Shown: positions 24,531 through 36,626, counted from the first letter of the stretch. The stretch: DNA of 64,000 bases from Malacoraja senta (GCA_038087875.1 CM075989.1:22632001-22696000); one strand, 5' to 3'. Numbers and translations: made by a program. Notes: a model not told the origin generated them from the sequence alone.

Positions 24531-24862
24531 TAGAGGTAGTGTTGCTGCCTTACAGCGCTTTCAGCGCCAGAGACCCGGGTTCGATCCCGGCGACAGGTGC
24601 CGTCTCTACAGAGATTGTACGTTCTCCCCGTGACCACGCCAAGCCAATTAACTCTGCATTTAATACTGGTTACCCAGCCAATTAACCTACGAACCTGTAC
24701 TTCTTTGGAGTGTGGGAGGAAACCGAAGAGATCCCGGACAAAACCCACGCGGGTCACGGGGAGAACGTACAAACTCCGTACAGACAGCACCCGCAGACAG
24801 GATTGATCCCGGATCTCTGGCGCTGTGAGGCAGCAACTCTACCGCTGCGCCAGCGTGATGCC
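24531..24862. mobile_element. inverted pair of HE1 SINE 5' halves
   Basis: plus copy 24531-24637, minus copy 24676-24862. Confidence 0.75.
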
Positions 24863-25374
24863 CTAAAATTATATATCAGAAATTTGATATATCTTGGGTA
24901 TACGTGCAAAGAATAAAACAGATGGACTGATTAACATTCAGGGTGGCCAGTTGTATTAGACAAGTTATTTATTCATCAAAAACCTTATTCTTGAAAGTTT
25001 GCCAAGTTGAAATTAGCTAACAAAGAAGAGGACACTACATCACTTCCTACATAAAGTCAGAGCACTGTTTGAATGTAAAAGACAAATGGCTGCGGAAGTC
25101 TTTAATAATTATCTAATTTATCAACAGAAGATTTGTGGTTGCAGTGTTAAGGATAAAGGTTTGCTAAATACTTTGAGCACTGAATTCTTCCAGCACTTTG
25201 GTCAACATATTGATTGCCATCACTGATGTCTATCATCTCCAGTAAAATCTGAATATCAAATAATTTAACAAGGGATAGAACGCAGGCAGCATAACACTAT
25301 ATTCATTGCAGCAATCTCCGAACAAATCACACTTTTTATATAACTGCTTGTGACGTGGTGGAAGAAATGAATAT

Positions 25375-25688
25375 GTTTTAGTTTAGTTCAGTGATACAGC
25401 ACGGAAACACCATTTACCTTCAGCCCACCAAGTCGCCCACGATCCCCGCACATTAACACTATCCTACACACACACTAGGGACAATTTACTGTTTTTATCA
25501 AAGCCAATTAACCTACAAAAGCTGTAGGTCTTTGGAGTGTGGGAGGAAACTAGAGCTCCTGGAGAAAACCCACGCAGGTCAAGGGGGAGAACGTACAAAC
25601 TCCATCCAGACAGCACCCATAGTCCAGATTGAACCTGGGTCACTGGCGCTGTAAGGAGGTAACTCTACCGCTGCGCAGCCCTTGCCGC
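25375..25688 (-). mobile_element. HE1-type V-SINE
   Basis: consensus match. Confidence 0.85.
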
Positions 25689-25952
25689 CTTCTTTGCAGA
25701 TAATGGTTCAATGGGCCTTTATTTGTCACACATCAAACTGCATGGTGACATTTATTTTGCATAGATTACACATGCAGGTGCAGCCATATTTCAATGCCAT
25801 TTCCAAAGTCCAATCGGCCCACCCGCTCGAAATACTGGAATAGTTCCCGCCAACCAGTGTCACTATCCCTCACCCGGTATTCTTTGTCATTTCACTATTA
25901 CCTACCTACCAAAAAAAGGTGATTTTGCTGCACATTTTACTATAGTCTGTCA

Positions 25953-26284
25953 AGGGCCTGTCCCACCTACGCGATTGTTTCGGTGACTTGCCGGCACCTG
26001 TCATAGTCGCAGCAGGTGACTGAAAAATGTCAACATGTTGAAAAATCCAGCGGCGACCAGAAAAAGGTACGACTCTTTGGGCGACTACTCACGACCGTAC
26101 AGGTGTCACGTGTTGACATGTCGCGGGGTGAAGCCTGTGTGGTCGTGAGTAGTCACCCAAAGAGTCGTACCTTTTTCTGGTTGCCGCTGGATTTTCAACA
26201 TGTTGAACATTTTCGGCCACCTGCTGCGACGACGATGGGTGCCGGCAAGTCGCCGAAAAAAATTGCGTAAATGGGACAGGCCCT
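25953..26284. mobile_element. PIF/Harbinger-type palindromic MITE
   Basis: TIR AGGGCCTGTCCCA..TGGGACAGGCCCT; arms complementary over ~150 bp; TCA/TTA flanks. Confidence 0.85.
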
Positions 26285-27259
26285 TTATTGTCACGTCTAC
26301 AGAGGTGCGGCAAAAGCTTCTCTGATGTGTACTGTCCAGTCAGCAAAAGACTCTACATCGATTACAATCAATCTGTCCACAGTGTATATTTTTCTAATGT
26401 TGAGATAATGCAGACATGTTAAGGAGGGATTTTCCACTTATGTCAGTGAGATTGACTCTGCATTTAATACTGGTTATCGTGCAATATCTTAAATACGCGC
26501 AATGGGGATTATGTACCCACTAGGTATGTTTTATCGTTCATCACACCGAGCAAATTGGAGAAATGGCTGTAGGGGGCAGGCATCTGGACAAGATATATTT
26601 CCTACTGTTCATTAAAAATGCTGATGGCCTGAGGAAATCTCAGGTACTGCCACCGTAACTGAGGGATGAACTCCTGACAACACAGTGACTGGAATTAATT
26701 TGTTCCAGTCTTCCTTCTTTTCACTTGGTGGGATAAGTCAGCAATAATCTCTAAATAAAATGAACGTACATGGGTCCCATTCCAAGAGAGACATTGCCAC
26801 TTGCAATATTCAAACCAACCTGCCTGATATTATATCTTTACATCAGCTTCACACTGCAAGTGTGATTAGCTGTGATGTGCTCATGCTTTTAATTTAAGAA
26901 AGAACTGCAGATGGTGGAAAAATCAAAGGTAGACAAAAATGCTGGAGAAACTCAGCGGGTGAGGCAGCGTCTATGGAGCGGAGGAATAGGTGACGTTTCG
27001 GTTCTGAAACTAAACTACTGCCAAATCCACATCGAGACTAAATTAAAACAAATTTGATTTGCACGTAATCCTTCTCCACATCCACTCTATCCAGGCCTGG
27101 AAATTGCTTCCAAAGCAAATCTTCTCCAAAGAACCTGTATCAATGTTCTTCACCCTCCAGAGCTGTTTAATTTACTGTCACCATAAACACAGCCCTTTAC
27201 CGAATTCTTACAAGGATAGTATGGTGCAACACAACTTTGGATTTAAATCCAACGATGGG

Positions 27260-27580
27260 TTGGGTGAGGTGGGGGGGACGGGGGGTGGGGGGACGAGAGC
27301 CAGGTATATCTCCACTTTTTTTTTTTCCTTTCTTTTTTTTTTCTTCTCTCTTACATCTTTATCCACTCTTTGGCCACACTACTTGGGTAGTCTAGGGGTC
27401 CTATCTTTCCACCTTTCACTTTTTCTCTTTCTCGTTCTTTCTCTTTTCTTTTCCCTTATTTTCAAGTTAAAAGGTTAAAATTGAAGCTGTACATTAACTG
27501 TATAATTTTACATGCCGAATGTTTTATTCTTGTACAATTGCTTCTAATTAAAATAATTTAAATAAAACAACAAAAAAAAC
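27260..27580 (+). mobile_element. probable L1/Tx1-like 3' UTR
   Basis: G-rich then pyrimidine-rich tract ending in AATAAA and an A-rich tail; no coding evidence. Confidence 0.35.
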
Positions 27581-27952
27581 ATAACATAGCCCAAAATAAA
27601 CGCTGGATTTGATGAGATTTTCAGACTGACAAGCCTCATTAGTGCTCAGCACCGTCAGTATTTAGCGTCCGTTTTCATTCTTGCACAAAAATAACTTATT
27701 GTTTTTGGTGATTAACGCGCACATGGTCTTTGCATCAACAGCCCAACACTGTCCCGTTCCCAACCAACTATCGGGTGGTGAATCTGTGCAATTCATTGCC
27801 ACTGACGGTTGTGGAGGTCACGTCAATGGATATTTTTATGGCAGAGATAGATAGATTCTTGATTATTACTGGTGTCAGGGGCTATGGGGAGAAGGCAGGA
27901 GAATGGGGTTATGAGGGAGAGATAGATCAGCCATGATTGAATGGAGGAGATT

Positions 27953-28160
27953 TTTAGTTTAGTTTAGTTTAGAGATACAGCATGGAAACAGGCCCTTAGA
28001 TCCACCGGGACCGCGCCGACCAGCGATCCCTGCACATTAACACCATCCTACACCCACTAGGGACATTTTTTACATTTACTAAGCCAATTAACCTACAAAC
28101 CTGTACGTCTTTGGAGTGTGGGAAGATCTCAGAAAAAACCCACCCAACAAACGCCGTACA
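27953..28160 (-). mobile_element. HE1-type SINE 3' part
   Basis: (TTTAG)n tail and V-domain end. Confidence 0.8.
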
Positions 28161-28945
28161 GTCAGGCAAAATAGTCTCTTATTATCTACCCAGTTTGGAC
28201 CCATCTATTCAAAAGATATTTGGAACGATACAATTAGAAAGGGTTTAGTGGGCTATAGGTCAAATGCAGGTAAATGGGACAAGCCCAGAATGCCAACTTG
28301 GTTGGTATGGAGGAGATGGGGCTGAAGGGCCCATTTCCATGCTGTATGCCTCCCATGATAATGAATTCTCATAATTATACACAACATCTATAGACATCCC
28401 CAGCCTTGTACACTCCAGAGAAAACAATCTACATTTGGCCAACATTTCCTTAAAGTTAATATGCTCCCATCCAGGCAACATTCTGGTGAACTACTTCTGA
28501 ACTTGCCCCAAAGCCGTCACATCCTTCCTGTTGTGCAGTGAGCATAATATTCTAAAAGTGGCCGACAGTTACAACACGAAAAGCAACCTTTTACACTCAA
28601 TAGCCCCATCTTGAAGCAACGACCAAGAAAGCACCCCAACGCCTCTACTTCCTCAGGAGGCTTAGAAAGGTTGGAATATCTCACTAATATAGATGTACCA
28701 TAGAAAACATTTTATCAGGTGCATCATAGCATGGTTTGACCTTCCAAGGGGGTGTTCAATCACTTGCTGCAGAAGCGGATCCAAGAATCTCCAGCTATAG
28801 ATCCGGCAGCAGAAGGCGATGGTTTCACATGGAGCAGTTTGCAGCCATGTTAGGCATTTCTTGGAGCCCGACCACTCAAGGGGTGGCGAATTTACCAGTG
28901 TTTCCCTAAACGCAGGCAGTGCAGGGTTGGAGATACGACTAGATG

Positions 28946-29135
28946 ATGACATAGAAACATAGACAATAGGTGCTGGAGTAGGCCATTCGAGCCTGCACCG
29001 CCATTCAATATGATCATGGCTGATCATCCAACTCAGTATCCTGTACCTGCCTTCTCTCCATACCCCCTGATCCCTTTAGCCACAAGGGCCACATCTAACT
29101 CCCTCTTAAATATAGCCAATGAACTGGCCTCGACT
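28946..29135 (-). mobile_element. CR1 3' end
   Basis: matches 9250-9430. Confidence 0.85.
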
Positions 29136-29159
29136 ACGTTTTCTACGTTTAAATGACGT

Positions 29160-29872
29160 TTTCAAGTTCAAGTCTATTGTCACTTAACCAACTAAGGTAC
29201 AATGAAATTTGAGTTACCATACAGTCATACAATACACACAAAAAATAAACTTAACATAAACATCCACCGCAGTGGAATCAACATTCCTCACTGTGATGGA
29301 AGGCAACAAAGTTCAGTCATCTTCCTCCTTTGTTCACCCGTGGTCGGGGCCTTGAACCCTCCGCACTTGCCGTTGCCGACGGTCCGATGTCCAAGCCCTT
29401 TCGTCGGGATGATCGAAACTATAGCGTCGGGACGGACCAGAGCACTCGAGCTCCCGAGTCGGCCACTTCTTACCGGAGACCGCGGGCTTCACAATGTTAA
29501 AGTCCACAGGCCCCGCGAGCGGAGCTCTTCTTCCGGCGATCCTCGGCAAAGCATCCCCGGCTCCACGATGGTAAGTCCGCTCCGTGCCCACGGCTTGAAG
29601 CTCCGGGCCAATCTCCAGGAAAGGCCGCACCACACCACATTGTTAGGCCACAAAGTGGGGGGGGAGGCGGAGATGTGACACGGAGAAATTCGCATCTCCG
29701 TCGAGGTAAGTGACTGAAAAGTTTCCCCCTATTCCCCCCTCCCCTCCCCCCACAACACCCCACATAAACTCACCAAGAAACATTGAAACATTTAGAACAT
29801 AGTTAAAATAATAAAAACAGTAGAAAGGACATAGACTGTTGGCGAGGCTGCCGCAACGGTGGCACCACCTGG
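29160..29872 (-). mobile_element. non-coding GC-rich non-autonomous retroelement with LINE-type 3' tail
   Basis: (TTGAAC)n tail; shares CTCACTGTGATGGAAGGCAA..TTCACCCGTGGTC with 40688-41113. Confidence 0.6.
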
Positions 29873-30095
29873 TTCAGATCAAGGCTGTGCAGTCACACAC
29901 CAAAGTGTTCGAATGTTTCCATGTTTAAATTATTGCCCTGACCCGAAACGTCATCTATCCGTTGTTCTCCAGAGAGGCTGCCCGACCTGCTGAGTTACTC
30001 CAGCACTTTGTGTCCTTTAGTATAACGTCTATCCGCATATATTCACCATACCATCGCTCAAAGATAAATATTTAAGCAAGCGACCCGTTTAAGTA

Positions 30096-30353
30096 TTGTT
30101 TAAGAAAGAACGCTGAAAAAAATTGGTAGGCACAAAATGCTGGAGAAACTCAGCGGGCGAGGCAGCATCTATGGAGAGGAGGAATAGGCGACCTTTCGGG
30201 TCGAGACCCTTCTTCAGAAGTCTTCTGAAGAAGGGCCTCGACCCGAAACAAGTCGAAGACCCTAAGAAGGGTCTCGACCCGAATCGTCGCCTATTCCTTC
30301 TCTCCATTGATGCTGCCTCACCCGCTGAGTTTCTCCAGCATTTTGTATCGACT
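30096..30353. mobile_element. PLE-derived inverted element with three hammerhead-like cores
   Basis: minus core ~30190-30217; plus cores ~30225 and ~30262, degenerate. Confidence 0.8.
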
Positions 30354-31164
30354 TGTTAAATTAGACAGTTTTTAATTCAGTATTTATACTCTGTAGTGCA
30401 ATTGAGAGCAAAGCTAGGATACGACGTGATTTTTTTTTTTTTTTTGCAAAGCTAACAGGATCACCAGCAGATGAAGCAGGTCAATAGACTATGTTCATCA
30501 ACAAAGATTTGCAATTATACAAAAATTATCTTAAATTATTTTTCCGTTGGCTAAAATCTGTCATGAATGATGGTTGAAAGGATTTTTCTGAGCTGGAGCC
30601 AATTACTGACATGTCCAGTGCCTTTGAACAAAGCCTTCCAGGCATCATTGAGATACAGAGAGAAAATTATTTTGAGTTGGCATCCGCCCCAATAAACATT
30701 AGCAGTCGATCAGCATAAAGCTGGAAAAACCAATGGAGTGGGCTGCGTAGATAGAAGCCCTTAATTAAACAGTTCACTGGAAGAAAGTGAACTCCACACT
30801 GCATCATCAAGTTATTGGCATGGATTTTATTTATTCTGAATTCTTAAAGGTTGCTCCAGGCAAAGAGAAAAAGAGGAGGCTATTAATGATCTTAGAAATC
30901 TCTGCCTTGGGCTGCCTACTTCTGCGAGAGTTGCCCTTCGGAGCCGAGGCTGCTGTTTGACATGGATATAATCTTTAAAGTCCCAGAGCATACACTTCCC
31001 ATCAATTAGAAGGGGGGGGGGGGGCTCTGGTAAAAGCAAAGACAGAGGAATTTTAATAACATCAGTGGTTCCAAAAGGTGGTTTCGGCATAGGTACAAGC
31101 AGCCGCACGCTTTGATATGTGTGTTATCGTGTAGACTGTGAGTGGATTTGTTGTGTGATGCTGA

Positions 31165-31335
31165 AGGGCCCGTCCCACTTACGTGAATATTTTTCGGCGA
31201 CTTGCCGGCACCCGTCATAGTCGCAGCAAGACACCGAAAATTCTCAACATGTTGAAACTCCAGCGGTGACCCAGAAAAAGGTACGACTCTTTGGGCGACT
31301 ACTCACGACCATACAGGCGTCACTCCGCGGCATGT
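31165..31335. mobile_element. left half of a Harbinger-type MITE
   Basis: same family as 25953-26284. Confidence 0.8.
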
Positions 31336-31410
31336 CTACCTGAAATTGGAGAAAGCAATGTTCACAACATTGGGCTGGAGTCGAGCCAAGCAGAATACGA
31401 GGTGCTGTTC
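31336..31410 (-). pseudogene. C-terminus of a Penelope-like element ORF (GIY-YIG endonuclease end)
   Basis: EQHLVFCLARLQPNVVNIAFSNFR* resembles the E..LI..L..L.P.G.N end of PLE GIY-YIG domains; abuts an inverted terminal repeat at 31409-31452. Confidence 0.7.
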
Positions 31411-31713
31411 TCCAGGGATGCTGCCTGATCTGCTGAGTTACTCCAGCACTGTCTTTTTGTCAATAAACTGATGTGGCTTTTGCTGTCATCCAGACTCCAA
31501 AATCTGCAGGACAATTACAAAACCTACAGACGCCGGAAATACTCGGGTCTGGTGACATCCAGAGAGAAGACAAGAGTTAACATCTCGGGTCAAAGAGCTT
31601 TCAGGACTGTTTTATTCCAGGATCTGTGGAGCATGTAGCAGTGAACTCTAACTTGCATTCATTTCCAACTGAACCAATTTCCACTCGGCGGAAATCAAGT
31701 ATAATTCCTGTGG

Positions 31714-32078
31714 TTAAGGGCTTGGACACGCTAGAGGCAGGAAACATGTTCCCGATGTTGGGGGAGTCCAGAACCAGGGGCCACAGTTTAAGAATAAGGA
31801 GTAAGCCATTTAGAACGGAGACGAGGAAACACTTTTTCTCACAGAGAGTGGTGAGTCTGTGGAATTCTCTGCCTCAGAGGGCGGTGGAGGCAGGTTCTCT
31901 GGATGCTTTCAAGAGAGAGCTAGATAGGGCTCTTAAAAATAGCGGAGTCAGGGGATATGGGGAGAAGGCTGGAACGGGGTACTGATTGGCAATGATCAGC
32001 CATGATCACATTGAATGGCGGTGCTGGCTCGAAGGGCCAAATGGCCTACTCCTGCACCTACTGTCTATTGTCTATTGT
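31714..32078 (+). mobile_element. CR1 3' fragment
   Basis: KGLDTLEAGNMFPM..WNSLP; (CTATTGT)n tail. Confidence 0.9.
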
Positions 32079-32329
32079 TAGACACAAAAAGCTGGAGTAA
32101 CTTTTAAATCAGCATCTGCAGTTCCTTCTTACACATAATTCCTGTGGAGTTGAATTGCTTTGAAATGTCACATCTGGCATTAGGCAGAGAATTAGATGAT
32201 CCACGACATATTTGGGATGCAGGGTTCATACCATTGACCAAAGTTGGACAAGTGGACTGCGGAATAAAATGTTTTCCTTTCAACCCCATGTAGCAATGCT
32301 GACCCCCCCCAACATACCAATCAACTGGT

Positions 32330-32622
32330 CGTTTAGTCTAGAGATACAGTGTGGAAACAGGCTTTTCAGCCCACCGAGTCCACGCCGACCTCCACACACT
32401 ACCACTACCCTACACACACTAGGGACAATTTTACATTCATACCAAGCCAATCAACCTACAAACCTGTACGTCTTTGGAGTTTGGGAGGAAACCGGAGATC
32501 TCAAAGAAACCCCACGCAGGTCACGGGGAGAAGGTACAAACTATGTACAGACAGAACCCAAAGTCAGGATTGAACCCAGGTCTCTGGAGCTGCGAGGCAG
32601 CAACTCTACCGCTGTGCCACCC
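32330..32622 (-). mobile_element. HE1-type V-SINE
   Basis: consensus match. Confidence 0.85.
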
Positions 32623-32677
32623 TTGTGGAAGTGGAAACAAACAGAAGCACATTAACACTCAACATGAATGAACTTTT

Positions 32678-32923
32678 GAAGATGGACACAAGGTGCTGGA
32701 GTAACTCAGCGGGTCAGGTAGTATCTCTGGAGAGAAGGAAAAGGTGACATTTCGGGTCGAGACACTTCTTCAGACAGTCAGATCTCAGACCTCCCAGTCT
32801 GATGAAGGGTTCCGACCCGAAACATCACCTATTTATTCCTTTTCTCCAAAGATGCTGCCTGACCCGCTAAGTTACTCCAGCATTTTATGTTTATCTTCGA
32901 TTTCAACCAGCATTCCTTCCTAC
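32678..32923. mobile_element. PLE-derived inverted element; hammerhead core CTGATGA..GAAAC-ATC at 32799-32826
   Basis: inverted arms with a core on each strand. Confidence 0.8.
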
Positions 32924-33225
32924 ATTATCATCATCGTGGAAAACATCAACGGGCACGCTGCCTTACAATGCCGTGTACGACACTGATCGCAACTTCTACT
33001 GAAGTGTGGATGGCCGTTTGCTCACTAGGAGCTCATCTGCCCTTTGACAGGTCTTGTTTTTGGTCCTGCTGGGGGTCCACAGCCCCCTCCTCACCTGGCA
33101 AACCAGGTGGGGGAGACAGTTTAGTCGCCGACTATCCGACCATGGAGCAGGTAGCACGGGATTACATGGTGCCCGAGGCGGGGGGAACTCCCCCAGACAT
33201 GGCCTGTGCCTTCGTACATACTCAG
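32924..33225 (-). mobile_element. short structured retroelement, possibly RTE-related
   Basis: minus strand has several GC hairpins and ends in GATGATGATAAT; family assignment from memory only. Confidence 0.45.
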
Positions 33226-34188
33226 TTTATTGTATTTCATTCATCGCATAACGACATCGTTGGCGAGGCCATTTCATGCCCATACCCAGTTAGCCTTGAA
33301 AAGATGGCAGAGAGCTGCCTTCGTGAACTGCTGAAATGCACGTGGTATTCAATTAGATGTCGAGATCAGTCGATAATATCTCTTTTTGCAAAGCCAGTTT
33401 TGCTTAAGGCACAGCTGTGAGATTCCTTTGCAGATTAGCTTTCAGTGTAATATTACAGCAGTCATAACCCCAGCACAGGCAGACATAATTGGCAGTGACA
33501 AGGAGACGCAAACTGGCAGAGGTTTGATAACCATTACACACAGATGACAGAAATCAGAGATGTATTACTGGTGCTGTGACATATTGCATTACCAGTGTGA
33601 ATAAAATAAGAGATACTAAATGCTTATGCAGTTCAAAGCCGAGCCATTTCTTGCTTCTCTAGTGGGTCCATTATCTCCATTTAGCACCACTAATCGCTTG
33701 GTCAGAGCTGTCACCCATAGATCCTGTTGCATTTCAATTGAATTAGAACAGCTAAGACTCATAGCAAATCATGAAGTCCTTTAACACTTGAAAAGCAATT
33801 TATGTTACGTGTAATTATTTTTACACTGGTTTCCTCCCCGCTCTCTGCTACAGAGTCGTAAGACATGCAATCTGCATCTCCCGATATGGCCAGAGGTTTT
33901 GATAGCAGTGACATTAAATGGTTTATCCCCGTTAGAATCTAAATTACCTTTGGTGTGGCAGATCTTTTGGGAACGATACACTGTCAATTTGGTTTCATCC
34001 TAACATCAGTTGAAGTCATCAACAAACCAATGGATAGAATTACATTTTAACATGCAACTTGAGACCAGCTACATTATAAATATTGGAATAAGCCATCAAG
34101 CCTACTTTATCACGGTGCCGAGTAACAAAGGTACCAGGTCGATCCTATCAAGTAACAATTTCATTCACTCACATGATATTTAGACAGA

Positions 34189-34390
34189 AGACAGACACAA
34201 AATGCTGGAGTAACTCAGAGGGACAGGCAGCATCTCTGGAGAAAGGGATATGTGACGTTGCGAGTCTCGACCCTTCTTTAGGGTCTCGACCCGAAACGTC
34301 ACCCATTCCTTCTCTCCAGAGATGCTGCCTGTCCCGCTGAGTGACTCCAGCATTTTGTGTCTATCTTTGGTTTAAACCAGCATCTGCACA
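34189..34390. mobile_element. PLE-derived inverted element with 14-bp TSD
   Basis: GATATTTAGACAGA at 34175-34188 and 34391-34404. Confidence 0.85.
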
Positions 34391-34960
34391 GATATTTAGA
34401 CAGATTTGACCTAAAGGACAATCGTCAGGTTTGTGAAGCTTTTGTATATTTATGAAGTTTATATCAGTAAACAACTGCCTCCTTTCACTTGCAATGTTAC
34501 TTGCTATTTTAACTTAATTCCAGGCCCTAAGAGGTGACGACTAAAGGAAAAGTTTTTAAGATTCGAGTCATGAGAAGAATGTTCGGTCTCATGGTGTCTG
34601 TGGCAATGATTCCACAGATTCACCATCCCCCAGCTAAAGACGTTTCTTCTCATCTGTATTCTAAAGGTACATCCTTAAATTCTGTGGCTGTGTCCTCTGG
34701 TCCTAGACTCTCCTACTAGAAATATCCTCTCTCGGTCTTTTATTCTGGAGAGGTGGGGGGGGGGGGGGGGGCAGAAAATCCAATATTCACAAGCACAACG
34801 TTGGCAGGCACTGCACCTTTTGATTTAGTTTCAAAGCCAGCTTGTCTTAGTTGGTAACAGACCTCTAGCTTGTGTGGTTATAAAACATAGATATTGTTAT
34901 TTCCAGCATCCTGAGGCATTTCACAGCGTCCGATGGACTGAATACTTTCCGTAGCGCATC

Positions 34961-35515
34961 TATTGCATAGAGTTTTGGTCTCCTAATCTGAGGAAAGACA
35001 TTCTTGCCATAGAGGGAGTACAGAGAAGGTTCACCAGACTGATTCCTGGGATGTCAGGACTTTCATATGAAGAAAGACTGGATAGACTCAGCTTGTACTC
35101 GCTAGAATTTAGAAGATTGAGGGGGGATCTTATAGAAACTTACAAAATTCTTAAGGGGTTGGACAGGCTAGATGCAGGAAGATTGTTCCCGATGTTGGGG
35201 AAGTCCAGAACAAAGGGTCACAGTTTAAGGATAAGGGGGAAGACTTTTAGGACCGAGTTGAGAATTTTTTTTTTCACACAAAGAGTGGTGAATCTGTGGA
35301 ATTCTCTGCCACAGAAAGTAGTTGAGGCCAGTTCATTGGCTATATTTAAGAGGGAATTAGATGTGGCCCTTGTGGCTAAAGGGATCAGGGGGTATGGAGA
35401 GAAGGCAGGTACAGGATACTGAGTTGGATGATCAGCCATGATCATATTGAATGGCGGTGCAGGCTCGAAGGGCCAAATGGCCTACTCCTGCACCTATTGT
35501 CTATGTTTCTATGTT
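34961..35515 (+). mobile_element. CR1 3' fragment
   Basis: GLSYEERL..RRLRGDLIETYK; CTATGTTT tail. Confidence 0.95.
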
Positions 35516-35790
35516 TTCATCTATAGAAGTTAGAGAGTATCCTCAGACTTGCAGAATCTTCTCAGGGGCCTAGGAAAATAAATAAGCTGATGCACTTTCC
35601 TGATCACCACATCAATGTAGAGGGACCAGCTTAGTTTAGTTTGATGGAATCGACTGCAGCTTAATATTGTTACGTGTACAGAGGTACAGCCAAAAGCTTT
35701 TGTTAGTGTGCTATCCTGTCCAAGAATACAATGCCCAAATACAATCAAGTCATCCAGAGTGTACAGATAACGTTAAAGGGTTCAACATTT

Positions 35791-36626
35791 AATAATAATA
35801 ATAATACATTTTATTTATATAGCGCTTTTCAAGGAATCCAAGTCGCTTTACATTGAGAGTCAACATTTTTTTTTTTAAATAGAGCAGTAAGACAGAGATG
35901 CAAAGGGGAGGGGAACATGGGACTAAGGGTATGCAGAGGTGAAGAGATGGGTCTTGAGGCGGGACTGGAAGATGGTGAGGGACTCAGAATTTCGGATCAG
36001 TTGTGGGAGGGAATTCCAGAGCCTGGGAGCTGCCCTGGAGAAGGCTCTGCCTCCAAAAGTGCAGAGGTTTGATTTCGGAGTGGAGAGGAGACCAGCTGAT
36101 GTGTATCTGAGGGACCGTGAGGGTTGGTAGGGGGAGAGGAGGTCAGTGAGATAAGGGGGGGCCAAGTGGTTGAGGGCTTTGTAGGTGAGGACCAGGATTT
36201 TGTAGATGATCCGGTGGGAAATGGGAAGCCAGTGAAGTTCTTTGAGAACTGGGGTGATGTGGTGCCAGGATTTGGTGTGGGTGACGAGTCGGGCGGCTGC
36301 ATTCTGGACCAGTTGGAGTCGGTTGATGTTGCTGGAATTAATGCAAAGAGAAGAGAATTACAGTAGTCCAGTCGGGAGGAGATGAAGGCATGGATGAGTC
36401 TTTCAGCAGCGGGGGGTGTGAGAGAGGATCTGATTTTGGCAATGTTGCGGAGGTGAAAAAATGATGTTTTGACAACATGGCGGATGTGAGGCTCAAAGGA
36501 GAGGGTTGAGTCAAAGATCACGCCAAGGTTGCGGGCCTGAGGAGATGGGGAGACAGTGGTGCTGTCAATAGTGAGAGTGGGGTTGTTAATTTTAGTGAGT
36601 GTTGATTTGGAGCCAATGAGGAGCCA
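35791..36626 (-). mobile_element. L2 LINE 3' fragment, frameshifted ORF2
   Basis: ARNLGVIFDSTLSF..FFHLRNIAKIR..HAFISSRLDYCNSLL, GGRAFSRAAPRLWNSLP; 3' AAGCGCTATATAAAT(TAT)n; ATTT duplicated; nested in a Rex-type tail. Confidence 0.9.

Noticed and set aside
33110..33200. HDV-like ribozyme call
   Set aside because: Could not assign convincing P1, P1.1 and P2 pairings by eye; left as a hypothesis only
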